Virus record (IMG/VR): IMGVR_UViG_2568526441_000003
Reading direction: 5' to 3' (one strand)
From: a virus
Taxonomy: Duplodnaviria > Heunggongvirae > Uroviricota > Caudoviricetes
Length of the DNA stretch: 37,069 nt
Within the stretch, counting starts at the first letter, position 1. Every line of letters begins with the position of its first letter. Below are positions 1 to 9,180 of the stretch, one piece after another. Position numbers and translations under genes: made by a program. Under the pieces are notes generated by a model. The model did not search any database and had not been told where the DNA came from. It was given only the letters and a program-made list of their open reading frames with translations.

Positions 1-1053
1 TTACGGGGTAATGCCAACCGCTGCCGCCACTTTGTCGCCATTTGGTAACGTTGCCAGTGGATTGAAACGGAGCGCCGTTTCCAAATGATCCGGTGCCAGA
101 TGCGCATAACGCATAGTCATTTTTATATCGTGGTGTCCGAGAATTTTTTGTAAGGCCAAGATGTTTCCACCCGACATCATGAAGTGCGCCGCAAACGTAT
201 GGCGCAGAACGTGTGTCAGTTGACCGCGAGGGAGAACGATAGACGTTTTTTCCATCACGGATAAAAATTGAAAATAGCAGTCTGTGAAGAAATTGAACCC
301 ATCGAGCGCCATGATCTCTTCATAAAGCTCTTTACTGATAGGGATGCTTCTGTTTTTCTTCCCCTTCGTTCTCACAAAGGTGATTCGGTACTTGGTGACC
401 TGTGAGCGGGTAAGATTGATTGCTTCTCGCCAACGTGCGCCGGTACTTAGACATATTTTTACCACCAGTGCCAGAATTGGGTTCTGACGTTTGCAGTCAG
501 ACAGTAATTCGATAATCTGCTCATGTGTAAGCCATGCCATTTCCTTTTCTGCGATAGTGAATTTGCGCATCTTCTCTAATGGGTTTGGAAGTGTCCATTC
601 ACCCAGGCGGGAAAGTTCTCTGAAAACGCTGCTTAGATGGCTTTGCTCCAGGTTAACAGTAACTGGGCTTGCTCCTTTCTTCCATTTTTCACTGAAGTAG
701 ATTTCACCAGTAAGGCGTTTATCGCGATAGTGAGCAAACATTTTTGAGGTGAGATCAGTTGCAAGGGGATTTCCCAAGGCGTCAACCATCAACAGCAGCT
801 TGTTGTAGACATGCTGTCCGGCAGTAAGAGATTTGCCATGTAATTTGAACCATAGCTCAACCATATCTTTCAGTGTCCGACGATCCACTGATTCGCCCAG
901 CCAGGGCTTTGCTTCTATTTCCCCCATGGTGTATCGCTCGAAGGCCAGTGCTTCGCCTTTGGTGGCGAATTGTTTACGCACACGGCGTCCGCTACGTCCG
1001 GCGGGGTAACATTCGCAAAGCCATTTCCCTGTGGTTAGTTTTCGTACTGCCAT
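1..1053 (-). CDS. int: tyrosine site-specific integrase (P2/186 Int family)
   Basis: 350-aa ORF; C-terminal catalytic motifs visible in translation (LSTGARWREA, HVLRHTFAAH, MTMRYAHL giving R..H-x-x-R..Y); position at prophage end next to the repressor operon. Stop codon is at window positions 1..3. Confidence 0.9.
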   Translation of the reverse strand: MAVRKLTTGKWLCECYPAGRSGRRVRKQFATKGEALAFERYTMGEIEAKPWLGESVDRRTLKDMVELWFKLHGKSLTAGQHVYNKLLLMVDALGNPLATDLTSKMFAHYRDKRLTGEIYFSEKWKKGASPVTVNLEQSHLSSVFRELSRLGEWTLPNPLEKMRKFTIAEKEMAWLTHEQIIELLSDCKRQNPILALVVKICLSTGARWREAINLTRSQVTKYRITFVRTKGKKNRSIPISKELYEEIMALDGFNFFTDCYFQFLSVMEKTSIVLPRGQLTHVLRHTFAAHFMMSGGNILALQKILGHHDIKMTMRYAHLAPDHLETALRFNPLATLPNGDKVAAAVGITP

Positions 1054-1057
1054 AAAA

Positions 1058-1077
1058 AGCCCTCATATCAGAGGGCT
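1058..1077 (-). terminator. hairpin plus U-tract on minus strand immediately upstream of int start codon
   Basis: Plus-strand aaaaa-gccctc-atatca-gagggc-t: 7-bp stem (1058..1064 with 1071..1077), 6-nt loop; on the minus strand the stem is followed by UUUU and then directly the int AUG (1053). Confidence 0.45.
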
Positions 1078-1135
1078 AAATTTAACTGTATATGTAACCA
1101 GTAATCAATGTGTGATTACTATGAAACATACATTG

Positions 1136-2812
1136 CTAAGCAACATGTAGTTCATCGTTGGCGGAAGTGGCTGCTTTGCGCTCCTGCTCAATAGCTAGAG
1201 ACTCTCTATATTCTTTCGCCTCTGCAAACATTGTCCAGTGGGCGTTGATGTTCATGTCTTCAATAACTGATTTGATTTCTTTTAAATTTACGTTAAAAAA
1301 CTCTTTTCGTGAGTTAATTTTATTGACCTGCTTTTCATTGAAAACTTTATGCAGATGGTTTTCTAATGATGGTGCATCATCACTATAAATCATCGCATGA
1401 ACATCGAACGAAAAAGGAACACTAGCATCTCCGAGTTCACGAACACGATCAAGTGGTTCAAGGCGGCGTGTCATTCCAATTTTATATACATCTTCGCCAA
1501 ATGAACCAATATTACTAATGATATAGACGTGGCCTGATCTGGTTTGTTGGGCCATAGAAATAGCTCGTTGATTTTTAGCTTCAGCTTCTTCATATTTTAA
1601 CTGTAGTTCAGCTATTTTTTGCTCTAAAGCTAAGCGTTGTTCTTCATTTGCAAGCATAAGTTCTTTCGTTGCTTTATTTATAGCTTGCTGAATAGCTTTT
1701 TCTTCTTTTTCAGCTTCTTTTATCGCTTTTTCATATTCTCTACGAGCTCTTTCCTCTTCACGAAGCTGTTCTTTAATCCTTCTTTGCTCTTCTTTTTCTT
1801 CGAGCATAATTTCATTAACTGCTACACCCCATTTTAGCTCGTTGAGTCTTGCCTGAAGATAGATGTCACTTATTTTTGCGGACCTAAAGGCAGAGCCATT
1901 GTAATTTACTAGTTGAAATGCATCTTTTATTTCTTGGGAAAGTTTTCCAAAATTGTTGTGTTTGACTTTTGATAAAATACTGTCAACTCTTCCATTGAAG
2001 GCATCCAAAACAAAGTTTATGGCAGTATTACGCCTGTTTTGCTCAACATAATCACACGAAGCAGCTTTATTAGTTTTTATTAATGATTTGGTTAACTCTC
2101 TGGCTTTTTGTAATTCCTTGCCTGCATCTGTAAATTCATAATTTTCTGCCAGCTCATCAAGTACACTACGGTTAGGGATGATCCATTCATCACCATAACC
2201 TTCAATTTTATTTTTCATTGATTTTGCAACTGCTTCATATTTTTCTGCAAACTCTTTAGCTTCATATGCTGAACCAGCAATCTCCTTTGCTCTTTCTTCT
2301 GCATCAGAAATAATTTTTACTGCATTGTCATTAGCATTTGAGATTAGCTCATTTGCTTTATTATTAGCATTATCAAGACGTTCTTTGGCTTTCAGGCGTG
2401 CATCGCGAGCGTCTTTGGTGATTGCTATAGCTTCGCTATTAGCGTTGCTTATTGTTATCTGAGCTTGATAATTTGCTTCGTTTACTGTTTTAGCCGCCTT
2501 AATTTGGGCTTCATCTATTTTTTGCTTGGCTATTGAGTCCGCATTTTTTATCTTATTCTCTGCATCCATTACTGCGCTGTGCAATTCTTCGTATTGCCAC
2601 AATGGTGCTGCTCGCCCTTCAAGCTCTGATAATTCTCGTACGGTCTGTGCTAGTTTTTCTTGATTTTCAATCAGTTGGTTAGAAAGGGCTATGTTGTTAG
2701 CTGTCAGGTTATCTATAGCCGCTTTGTGTTTTTTACTTTGTTTAAATAATATTACAGCTAGAACAGGGGCGAGAAATGCTAATAAGACTATAACGATGGC
2801 AAATGAATTCAT
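1136..2812 (-). CDS. cargo protein: N-terminal TM helix, long coiled coil, DUF4041-like region, C-terminal T5orf172 (GIY-YIG-like) domain; putative nuclease effector
   Basis: 558-aa ORF. N-terminus FAIVIVLLAFLAPVLAVILF is hydrophobic; long A/K/E/N-rich heptad-like stretches; C-terminal GHVYIISNIGSFGEDVYKIGMTRR matches the T5orf172/GIY-YIG-like signature from memory. Visibly AT-rich versus flanking phage DNA; SD-like AAGGA upstream of ATG; lies 20 nt downstream of cI stop on the same strand. Confidence 0.8.
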   Translation of the reverse strand: MNSFAIVIVLLAFLAPVLAVILFKQSKKHKAAIDNLTANNIALSNQLIENQEKLAQTVRELSELEGRAAPLWQYEELHSAVMDAENKIKNADSIAKQKIDEAQIKAAKTVNEANYQAQITISNANSEAIAITKDARDARLKAKERLDNANNKANELISNANDNAVKIISDAEERAKEIAGSAYEAKEFAEKYEAVAKSMKNKIEGYGDEWIIPNRSVLDELAENYEFTDAGKELQKARELTKSLIKTNKAASCDYVEQNRRNTAINFVLDAFNGRVDSILSKVKHNNFGKLSQEIKDAFQLVNYNGSAFRSAKISDIYLQARLNELKWGVAVNEIMLEEKEEQRRIKEQLREEERARREYEKAIKEAEKEEKAIQQAINKATKELMLANEEQRLALEQKIAELQLKYEEAEAKNQRAISMAQQTRSGHVYIISNIGSFGEDVYKIGMTRRLEPLDRVRELGDASVPFSFDVHAMIYSDDAPSLENHLHKVFNEKQVNKINSRKEFFNVNLKEIKSVIEDMNINAHWTMFAEAKEYRESLAIEQERKAATSANDELHVA

Positions 2813-2832
2813 TTTAAAATCCTTTTACTATA

Positions 2833-3429
2833 TTAATTCGAGACTATTGTACTTCTTATACAAGCAACCACTTCAATATCAGAAAATGCACATTCAAAGC
2901 TATTCTCTGCTGTTGTAATTTTAATCATTCCTTTAGGAAGCCTTGTGATTTTTCGAATGGAATAGGTTCCGTCGATATTGATTAACCAGTTTCCATCAAG
3001 TACTTCAGAAAATTTTTGATCACAAATGTATGTGACGAGTCCATCCTGAATAACAATTGGTGATGAAAGGTTTGCAGGAAGAAATGATGAATCGAAGACA
3101 TATGAACCGTCTTCAATCATTTTGCCTGCGGCAAGGCGAAACTTAACAAGCTCTTCTGTAGCTGCTGTCAGCGAGCTTTGCTTAAGGCCTTGTCCGGTAG
3201 TTAACCATTTGAGGGAGGTTCCTGTTTCAAGAGCACATTGGATTATCCAGTCAGCAGGAAATGTATCCCGCAAATACCTGTTCGCTAGTGTGCTTTTTGA
3301 TACTTCCAAGTGATCAGCTAAAGCCTGTCGTGTCGTAAAGCCATAGGCTTCGACTAATCGCTCAATCGCAGCCTTACCACCTTTATTGGGATTTATTTTG
3401 ATCTCACTTGGGTACTTTGATGTTGACAT
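2833..3429 (-). CDS. cI: CI-type lysogeny repressor (phage 186 CI-like, HTH N-terminal domain)
   Basis: 198-aa ORF divergent from apl/cII; N-terminal segment AIERLVEAYGFTTRQALADHLEVSKSTLANRY resembles an HTH; size and position match 186 CI (about 190 aa) rather than the 99-aa P2 C. Confidence 0.8.
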   Translation of the reverse strand: MSTSKYPSEIKINPNKGGKAAIERLVEAYGFTTRQALADHLEVSKSTLANRYLRDTFPADWIIQCALETGTSLKWLTTGQGLKQSSLTAATEELVKFRLAAGKMIEDGSYVFDSSFLPANLSSPIVIQDGLVTYICDQKFSEVLDGNWLINIDGTYSIRKITRLPKGMIKITTAENSFECAFSDIEVVACIRSTIVSN

Positions 3430-3451
3430 ATCTCTTTTGCGATCCTAGTAT
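3423..3451 (+). promoter_or_regulatory. candidate lytic promoter pR (sigma70 -35 TTGACA, 17-nt spacer, -10 TAGTAT)
   Basis: TTGACA at 3423..3428 and TAGTAT at 3446..3451 read directly; the -35 overlaps the cI start codon (3427..3429 on minus strand); apl lies downstream. Confidence 0.5.
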
Positions 3452-3458
3452 CAGTTTT

Positions 3459-3474
3459 GTACCCAATTGGGTAC
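3459..3474. promoter_or_regulatory. perfect 16-bp palindrome GTACCCAATTGGGTAC at the predicted pR transcription start; candidate repressor operator
   Basis: Sequence is its own reverse complement; sits 8 nt downstream of the -10; a GGGTAC half-site recurs at about 3410..3415. Confidence 0.45.
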
Positions 3475-3524
3475 TTGTCACGATTACTACAGGCTCACCA
3501 CAAGCCAATAGGAGATGTTGCATC

Positions 3525-3746
3525 ATGACCCCTAACATTTCAATAACTCTGAATACGCCACACGTCACAATCGAGCGTTATAGCGAACTTACTGGTCTTT
3601 CAATCGACACAATCAACGATATGTTGGCGGATGGTCGCATTCCTCGGCATCGTCTTCGTAAAGACAAGAAAAGAGAAAAGGTAATGATCAACCTTGCTGC
3701 TCTTACCGTTGATGCACTTACTGATTGCAATGTTGTATTCAACTAG
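3525..3746 (+). CDS. apl: Apl/Cox-like excisionase and switch regulator (small HTH protein)
   Basis: 73-aa ORF from ATG 3525 (AGGAG 10 nt upstream), first gene rightward of the switch; the longer 3408 start in the ORF track would overlap cI and pR. Confidence 0.7.
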   Translation: MTPNISITLNTPHVTIERYSELTGLSIDTINDMLADGRIPRHRLRKDKKREKVMINLAALTVDALTDCNVVFN

Positions 3747-3778
3747 TTCCATTTTGGGATACATCAGAGGTGTCGACC

Positions 3779-4288
3779 ATGTTTGATTACCAAGTTTCCA
3801 AACATCCACATTTTGATGAAGCCTGTCGTGCATTCGCACTGCGCCACAATCTGGTGCAACTGGCAGAACGTGCAGGTATGAATGTGCAGATTCTGCGGAA
3901 CAAACTGAACCCAGCTCAACCTCATTTATTAACCGCACCAGAAATTTGGTTGCTTACCGATCTGACTGAAGATTCAACGCTGGTAGATGGTTTTCTGGCA
4001 CAGATTCACTGCCTGCCATGTGTACCGATTAATGAGGTAGCAAAAGAGAAACTGCCGCATTACGTCATGAGTGCAACCGCAGAGATCGGACGTGTTGCTG
4101 CAGGTGCGGTATCTGGCGATGTAAAAACCAGTGCAGGTCGTCGTGATGCTATCAGCAGCATTAACTCAGTAACACGACTGATGGCGCTGGCTGCTGTTTC
4201 ATTGCAGGCCCGTTTACAGGCTAACCCTGCGATGGCGAGTGCAGTTGATACCGTGACTGGCTTCGGTGCTTCATTCGGTTTGCTGTGA
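3779..4288 (+). CDS. cII: CII-like lysogeny establishment activator (phage 186 CII family)
   Basis: 169 aa from ATG 3779 ([12 protein letters not shown]...); length and sequence closely resemble 186 CII as I recall it; position directly after apl. Confidence 0.75.
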   Translation: MFDYQVSKHPHFDEACRAFALRHNLVQLAERAGMNVQILRNKLNPAQPHLLTAPEIWLLTDLTEDSTLVDGFLAQIHCLPCVPINEVAKEKLPHYVMSATAEIGRVAAGAVSGDVKTSAGRRDAISSINSVTRLMALAAVSLQARLQANPAMASAVDTVTGFGASFGLL

Positions 4289-4295
4289 GGTGCTT

Positions 4296-4496
4296 ATGCT
4301 TACGAAAGAACCATCATTTGCATCGCTGCTTGTTAAACAAAGCCCGGCAATGCACTACGGTCACGGCTGGATCATGGGTGAGGATGGTAAACGCTGGCAT
4401 CCGTGCCGTTCACAAGATGAATTGCTGGCAGAACTATCTACGAAAAAACGGGGGAACAAATGGCTATTGAAGGCGCTGCGGCGACTGTTCCATTAA
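4296..4496 (+). CDS. small early-operon hypothetical protein (position of 186 fil)
   Basis: 66-aa ORF from ATG 4296, in the rightward early operon directly after cII; function not recognisable. Confidence 0.45.
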   Translation: MLTKEPSFASLLVKQSPAMHYGHGWIMGEDGKRWHPCRSQDELLAELSTKKRGNKWLLKALRRLFH

Positions 4497-4801
4497 GCCC
4501 CGGTGAACGCCTGAATGGACTTAATCACATTGCGGAGTTAAGGGCGAAAGTTTTTGGTCTGAATATTGAGTCAGAGCTTGAACGGTTTATTAAAGATATG
4601 CGTGATCCACGGGATATTAATAGCGAACAAAATAAACGGGCACTGGCTGCCATATTCTTTATGGCAAAAATTCCAGCTGAACGTCATAGCATCAGCATTA
4701 ATGAGCTGACCACTGACGAAAAGCGGGAGTTGATTAAAGCAATGAATCATTTTCGTGCAGTGGTGAGCTTATTTCCCAGACGGCTAACCATGCCGAATTA
4801 A
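4460..4801 (+). CDS. early-operon hypothetical protein
   Basis: 113-aa ORF overlapping the preceding ORF end by 37 nt; start uncertain. Confidence 0.45.
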   Translation: MAIEGAAATVPLSPGERLNGLNHIAELRAKVFGLNIESELERFIKDMRDPRDINSEQNKRALAAIFFMAKIPAERHSISINELTTDEKRELIKAMNHFRAVVSLFPRRLTMPN

Positions 4802-4868
4802 CCAACTAATGAAATTAATGGCGTAAACCAGCCAGGCATCCCTTTATCTAAATTCAGGAGAATTGATT

Positions 4869-5102
4869 ATGCGTAATATTGAAACCCTCACGACCAAAAC
4901 CGGACCGGATGACGCAGGGCTTAATATTTTACTGACAGAGGCTCGTCTGGAAGAACGCCGGGCAAGGGCTGAAGCAATGGCAGCTCGCCTTGATAGCCTG
5001 GCGTGTCATATCACATCCCGCCAGCTAAACCACGTCGAAGCGGCAGAACTGCTTCGTGTGACTGCTGAAGCAATCCAGAACGAAGCGCAGGAGATCCACT
5101 AA
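4869..5102 (+). CDS. early-operon hypothetical protein
   Basis: 77 aa from ATG 4869 with AGGAG 8 nt upstream; stop overlaps next start. Confidence 0.5.
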   Translation: MRNIETLTTKTGPDDAGLNILLTEARLEERRARAEAMAARLDSLACHITSRQLNHVEAAELLRVTAEAIQNEAQEIH

Positions 5103-5329
5103 TGGCTGATGCAATGGATCTCGTACAGCAGCGCGTTGAAGAAGAACGCCAGCGTCATATCCATGCTGCCCGTGCCAAAACGCCGGGCGTGTCCCGCGTG
5201 CTTTGCATTGAGTGTGAAGCGCCAATTCCGCCAGCACGCCGCCGTGCCATTCCGGGTGTGCAGCTTTGCATTACCTGTCAGGAAATCGCAGAGCTGAAAG
5301 GCAAACATTACAACGGAGGTGCTGTATGA
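5102..5329 (+). CDS. TraR/DksA-family C4 zinc-finger protein
   Basis: 75-aa ORF with CIECEAPIP...CITCQ (CxxC-N17-CxxC) zinc-finger arrangement typical of phage TraR/DksA-like proteins. Confidence 0.7.
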   Translation: MADAMDLVQQRVEEERQRHIHAARAKTPGVSRVLCIECEAPIPPARRRAIPGVQLCITCQEIAELKGKHYNGGAV

Positions 5330-6183
5330 GCACCATCCTGAAATGGGCGGGAAATAAAACTGCCATAATGTCCGAACTGAAAAAACATCTTCCTGCTGGC
5401 CCGCGACTGGTTGAACCTTTCGCGGGTTCCTGTGCTGTGATGATGGAGACGGATTATCCCAGCTATCTGGTTGCGGATATTAATCCTGATTTAATCAACC
5501 TCTATAAAAAGGTTGCCGCTGATTGTGAATCGTTTATATCTCGCGCCAGAGTTTTATTTGAGATCGCAAACAGGGAGGTGGCTTATTACAACATAAGGCA
5601 GGAGTTTAATTACTCAACTGAAATTACTGATTTCATGAAAGCGGTATATTTCCTGTATCTCAATCGTCACGGTTACCGTGGTTTATGTCGCTATAACAAG
5701 AGCGGGCATTTCAACATTCCCTACGGTAATTATAAAAATCCGTATTTCCCTGAAAAAGAAATTCGCGCATTTGCAGAAAAGGCCCAGCGAGCAACGTTTA
5801 TCTGCGCCAGCTTTGATGAAACGCTGGCGATGTTGAAGGCGGGGGATGTGGTGTATTGCGATCCGCCGTATGACGGTACGTTTTCCGGCTATCACACTGA
5901 CGGCTTCACTGAAGATGACCAGTATCACCTGGCATCTGTTCTTGAACATCGGTCATCAGAAGGACATCCGGTCATTGTTTCTAACAGTGACACATCCCTG
6001 ATCCGTTCGCTGTATCGCAATTTTACTCACCACTACATCAAGGCAAAACGCAGCATCGGTGTGGCAGCTGGCGAGGGTAAATCAGCAACAGAAATCATTG
6101 CTGTTTCTGGGCCGCGCTGCTGGGTGGGATTTGATTATTCGCGTGGCGTGGATAGTTCTGCCGTGTACGGAGTACGTGCATGA
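5326..6183 (+). CDS. dam: DNA N6-adenine methyltransferase (Dam-like, D12 class)
   Basis: 285 aa from ATG 5326 (ATGA overlap with upstream stop); motifs KWAGNK near the N-terminus and DPPY (CDPPYDGTF) are hallmark N6-adenine MTase motifs. Confidence 0.85.
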   Translation: MSTILKWAGNKTAIMSELKKHLPAGPRLVEPFAGSCAVMMETDYPSYLVADINPDLINLYKKVAADCESFISRARVLFEIANREVAYYNIRQEFNYSTEITDFMKAVYFLYLNRHGYRGLCRYNKSGHFNIPYGNYKNPYFPEKEIRAFAEKAQRATFICASFDETLAMLKAGDVVYCDPPYDGTFSGYHTDGFTEDDQYHLASVLEHRSSEGHPVIVSNSDTSLIRSLYRNFTHHYIKAKRSIGVAAGEGKSATEIIAVSGPRCWVGFDYSRGVDSSAVYGVRA

Positions 6184-8594
6184 GTCATGCCGATATGAAC
6201 AACTGCTGCGGCTTTAACGAAGCTGCCGCATCGTTCTCATGGAACAGCCCGAAAAAGGCCATTAACCCTTATCTGGACCCGGCGGAAGTTGCGCCGGTTT
6301 CTACGCTTTCAAACCTGATCACTCTGTACGCTGCCGATAACGAGCAGGAACAGCTGCGCCGTGAGGCGCTGAGTGATCAGGTCTGGGAGCGTTATTTCTT
6401 TAATGAATCCCGTGATCCTGTCCAGCGCGAAATGGAGCAGGATAAGCTCATTAGCCGGGCAAAGTTGGCGCATGAGCAGCAGCGTTTTAACCCGGACATG
6501 GTCATTCTGGCAGACGTCAGCGCCCAGCCCTCCCATATCAGCAAGCCGCTGATGCAACGTATTGAATACTTCAGCAGCCTGGGCAGGCCAAAGGCTTATT
6601 CCCGCTATTTACGTGAGACGATTAAGCCATGTCTGGAACGACTGGAGCATGTACGCGACAGCCAGCTATCTGCATCTTTTCGTTTTATGGCAAGCCATGT
6701 AGGGCTGGACGGCCTGCTGATTCTGCCTGAAATGAGTCAGGATCAGGTGAAACGCCTGTCTACCCTTGTCGCTGCGCATATGAGCATGTGCCTTGATGCA
6801 GCTTGTGGTGATTTGTATGCCACCGATGACGTTAAGCCAGAAGAAATCCGCAAGACATGGGAAAAGGTGGCAGCGGAAACCCTGCGTCTGGATGTCATCC
6901 CGCCTGCGTTTGAGCAACTCCGTCGGAAAAGAAACCGCCGTAAACCCGTGCCCTATGAACTCATTCCGGGTTCGCTGGCGCGTATGTTGTGCGCCGACTG
7001 GTGGTACCGGAAATTATGGAAAATGCGTTGCGAATGGTGGGAAGAGCAGTTGCGTGCTGTCTGCCTGGTCAGCAAAAAAGCATCTCCCTATGTCAGCTAT
7101 GAAGCCGTGATGCATAAACGTGAGCAGCGCCGCAAGTCACTGGAGTTTTTCCGTTCTCATGAACTGGTGAACGAAGAGGGCGACACGCTGGATATGGAAG
7201 ACGTGGTAAACGCCAGCAGCAGCAACCCGGCGCACCGCCGCAATGAGATGATGGCCTGTGTTAAAGGTCTGGAGCTTATCGCGGAAATGCGCGGTGACTG
7301 CGCCGTTTTCTACACCATCACCTGTCCGTCACGTTTCCATTCCACGCTAAATAACGGCAGGCCAAACCCGACCTGGACCAATGCGACAGTAAGACAAAGC
7401 AGCGATTATCTGGTCGGCATGTTTGCTGCATTTCGTAAGGCTATGCACAAAGCCGGGTTGCGCTGGTATGGCGTGCGGGTGGCTGAGCCGCATCATGACG
7501 GCACAGTTCACTGGCACCTGTTGTGTTTCATGCGCAAAAAAGACCGCCGCGCCATTACTGCATTGTTGCGTAAGTTTGCCATCCGTGAAGACCGCGAGGA
7601 GCTGGGCAATAACACGGGGCCACGCTTTAAGTCTGAGCTGATAAACCCGCGCAAAGGAACGCCGACAAGCTACATTGCGAAATATATCAGTAAGAATATT
7701 GACGGGCGTGGTCTGGCTGGCGAGATCAGTAAGGAAACGGGTAAATCCCTGCGTGATAACGCTGAATACGTTAATGCCTGGGCGTCTCTGCATCGTGTTC
7801 AGCAATTCCGCTTCTTTGGCATTCCGGGGCGTCAGGCTTACCGTGAACTGCGATTGCTGGCTGGTCAGGCGGCAAGGCAACAGGGTGACAAAAAAGCAGG
7901 TGCGCCGGTACTGGATAACCCGCGTCTTGATGCCATTCTGGCTGCTGCTGATGCTGGTTGTTTTGCCACCTACATCATGAAGCAGGGCGGCGTACTGGTT
8001 CCCCGCAAATATCACCTCATCAGAACCGCTTATGAAATCAACGAAGAGCCAACCGCCTATGGCGATCACGGTATTCGTATTTATGGCATCTGGTCACCCA
8101 TTGCAGAGGGCAAGATCTGCACTCATGCAGTGAAGTGGAAAATGGTTCGTAAGGCCGTTGACGTTCAGGAGGCGGCAGCCGACCAGGGCGCTTGCGCCCC
8201 TTGGACTCGTGGCAATAACTGTCCCCTTGCTGAAAATTTGAACCAACAAGGGAAAGACAAATCAGCTGATGGGGATACCAGAACGGACATTACCCGCATG
8301 AATGACAAGGAGTTGCACGATTATCTGCACAGTATGAACAAAAAAGAGCGCCGGGAACTGGCTGCAAGGTTACGCCTGGTGAAACCGAAACGGCGTAGAG
8401 ACTACAAACAGCGAATTACAGACCATCAACGACAGCAGCTCGTCTATGAACTGAAGTCCAGAGGATTTGATGGCAGCGAGAAAGAGGTCGATTTACTCCT
8501 TCGCGGCGGCAGCATTCCGTCAGGAGCAGGCCTGCGAATCTTCTATCGGAACCAGCGTTTGCAGGAAGATGATAAGTGGCGGAACCTGTATTAA
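6180..8594 (+). CDS. A: replication initiation endonuclease A (rolling-circle initiator, P2 gpA family)
   Basis: 804-aa ORF; size, position after the early operon, and segments such as HWHLL and YIAKYISK resemble P2/186 gpA as recalled. Confidence 0.85.
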   Translation: MSHADMNNCCGFNEAAASFSWNSPKKAINPYLDPAEVAPVSTLSNLITLYAADNEQEQLRREALSDQVWERYFFNESRDPVQREMEQDKLISRAKLAHEQQRFNPDMVILADVSAQPSHISKPLMQRIEYFSSLGRPKAYSRYLRETIKPCLERLEHVRDSQLSASFRFMASHVGLDGLLILPEMSQDQVKRLSTLVAAHMSMCLDAACGDLYATDDVKPEEIRKTWEKVAAETLRLDVIPPAFEQLRRKRNRRKPVPYELIPGSLARMLCADWWYRKLWKMRCEWWEEQLRAVCLVSKKASPYVSYEAVMHKREQRRKSLEFFRSHELVNEEGDTLDMEDVVNASSSNPAHRRNEMMACVKGLELIAEMRGDCAVFYTITCPSRFHSTLNNGRPNPTWTNATVRQSSDYLVGMFAAFRKAMHKAGLRWYGVRVAEPHHDGTVHWHLLCFMRKKDRRAITALLRKFAIREDREELGNNTGPRFKSELINPRKGTPTSYIAKYISKNIDGRGLAGEISKETGKSLRDNAEYVNAWASLHRVQQFRFFGIPGRQAYRELRLLAGQAARQQGDKKAGAPVLDNPRLDAILAAADAGCFATYIMKQGGVLVPRKYHLIRTAYEINEEPTAYGDHGIRIYGIWSPIAEGKICTHAVKWKMVRKAVDVQEAAADQGACAPWTRGNNCPLAENLNQQGKDKSADGDTRTDITRMNDKELHDYLHSMNKKERRELAARLRLVKPKRRRDYKQRITDHQRQQLVYELKSRGFDGSEKEVDLLLRGGSIPSGAGLRIFYRNQRLQEDDKWRNLY

Positions 8595-8686
8595 TTACGC
8601 GGGTTAACAATTCGTGCTCTTAATAATACCAGGCATATCAGGCTGATGAACGTAAAAAAACGTTTTACATCAGTAAGATTATTATA

Positions 8687-8706
8687 TACTGTAAATATAA
8701 ACAGTG
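8687..8706. promoter_or_regulatory. LexA box (SOS operator) TACTGTAAATATAAACAGTG
   Basis: CTGT-N8-ACAG core at 8689..8704; 19 of 20 positions match the TACTGTATATATATACAGTA consensus as I recall it; overlaps a TATACT -10-like hexamer and lies about 45 nt upstream of the 8748 start codon. Confidence 0.7.
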
Positions 8707-8747
8707 GTTATGCATACAGTATTACTTGTGGTGTCATAGGAGGAAAA

Positions 8748-8936
8748 ATGCAGGACTATTTTTTGGAGTCTTTGAAGCTCCAGCGCATTGATTTTTTTCT
8801 TAAGCTTGTAGCGGCTAGTGAGTGTAGTGATGAAGAGAAGGGGCTGGCTTTGCAGTGGGTTTCTGAACTAACAGATGAACTCATGGCAAAAATCAGAACC
8901 CACGAATACAACCGCTCAATGGATGTCATCAGTTGA
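8748..8936 (+). CDS. small hypothetical protein, first gene of LexA-controlled module (possible Tum N-terminal counterpart)
   Basis: 62-aa ORF from ATG 8748 with GGAGGA SD 5 nt upstream; immediately downstream of the LexA box. Confidence 0.55.
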   Translation: MQDYFLESLKLQRIDFFLKLVAASECSDEEKGLALQWVSELTDELMAKIRTHEYNRSMDVIS

Positions 8937-8946
8937 GGTGACTTTT

Positions 8947-9180
8947 ATGCGCATTGAAATAATGATCGATAAAGAGCAGAAGATTAGCCAGTCTATCCTG
9001 GACGCCCTTGAATCCGAGCTTTACCGCAATCTGCGCCCCCTGTATCCAAAAACGGTAATTCGTATCCGCAAAGGTAGCTCTAACGGTGTGGAACTGACCG
9101 GACTGCAACTGGACGAAGAAAGGAAGCAAGTGATGAAAATTATGCAGAAGGTGTGGGAAGACGATAGCTGGCTGCATTAA
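8947..9180 (+). CDS. DinI-family protein (Tum-like SOS-inducible antirepressor module)
   Basis: 77 aa, MRIEIMIDKEQ...VWEDDSWLH; begins and ends like E. coli DinI (MRIEV...W...W) as recalled; own SD-like GAGGTG upstream; 186 Tum is known to carry a DinI-like C-terminal domain. Confidence 0.7.
   Translation: MRIEIMIDKEQKISQSILDALESELYRNLRPLYPKTVIRIRKGSSNGVELTGLQLDEERKQVMKIMQKVWEDDSWLH

Noticed and set aside
1637-1837. 66-aa plus-strand ORF with poly-F translation
   Set aside because: Antisense shadow of the repetitive coiled-coil-coding region of the T5orf172 gene; low complexity.
7347-8069. 240-aa ORF on the minus strand inside replication gene A, plus similar antisense ORFs inside P (13991..14674), T (30757..31527) and U/D (32589..33430)
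   Set aside because: They lie entirely within long, well-supported GC-rich genes on the opposite strand, have no SD and low-complexity Arg/Ser/Pro-rich translations typical of shadow ORFs.
8748-9180. Calling the two LexA-controlled ORFs a single frameshifted tum pseudogene
   Set aside because: The second ORF has its own SD and start 10 nt after the first stop, so two translationally coupled genes are equally plausible; left as separate CDS with the alternative noted.
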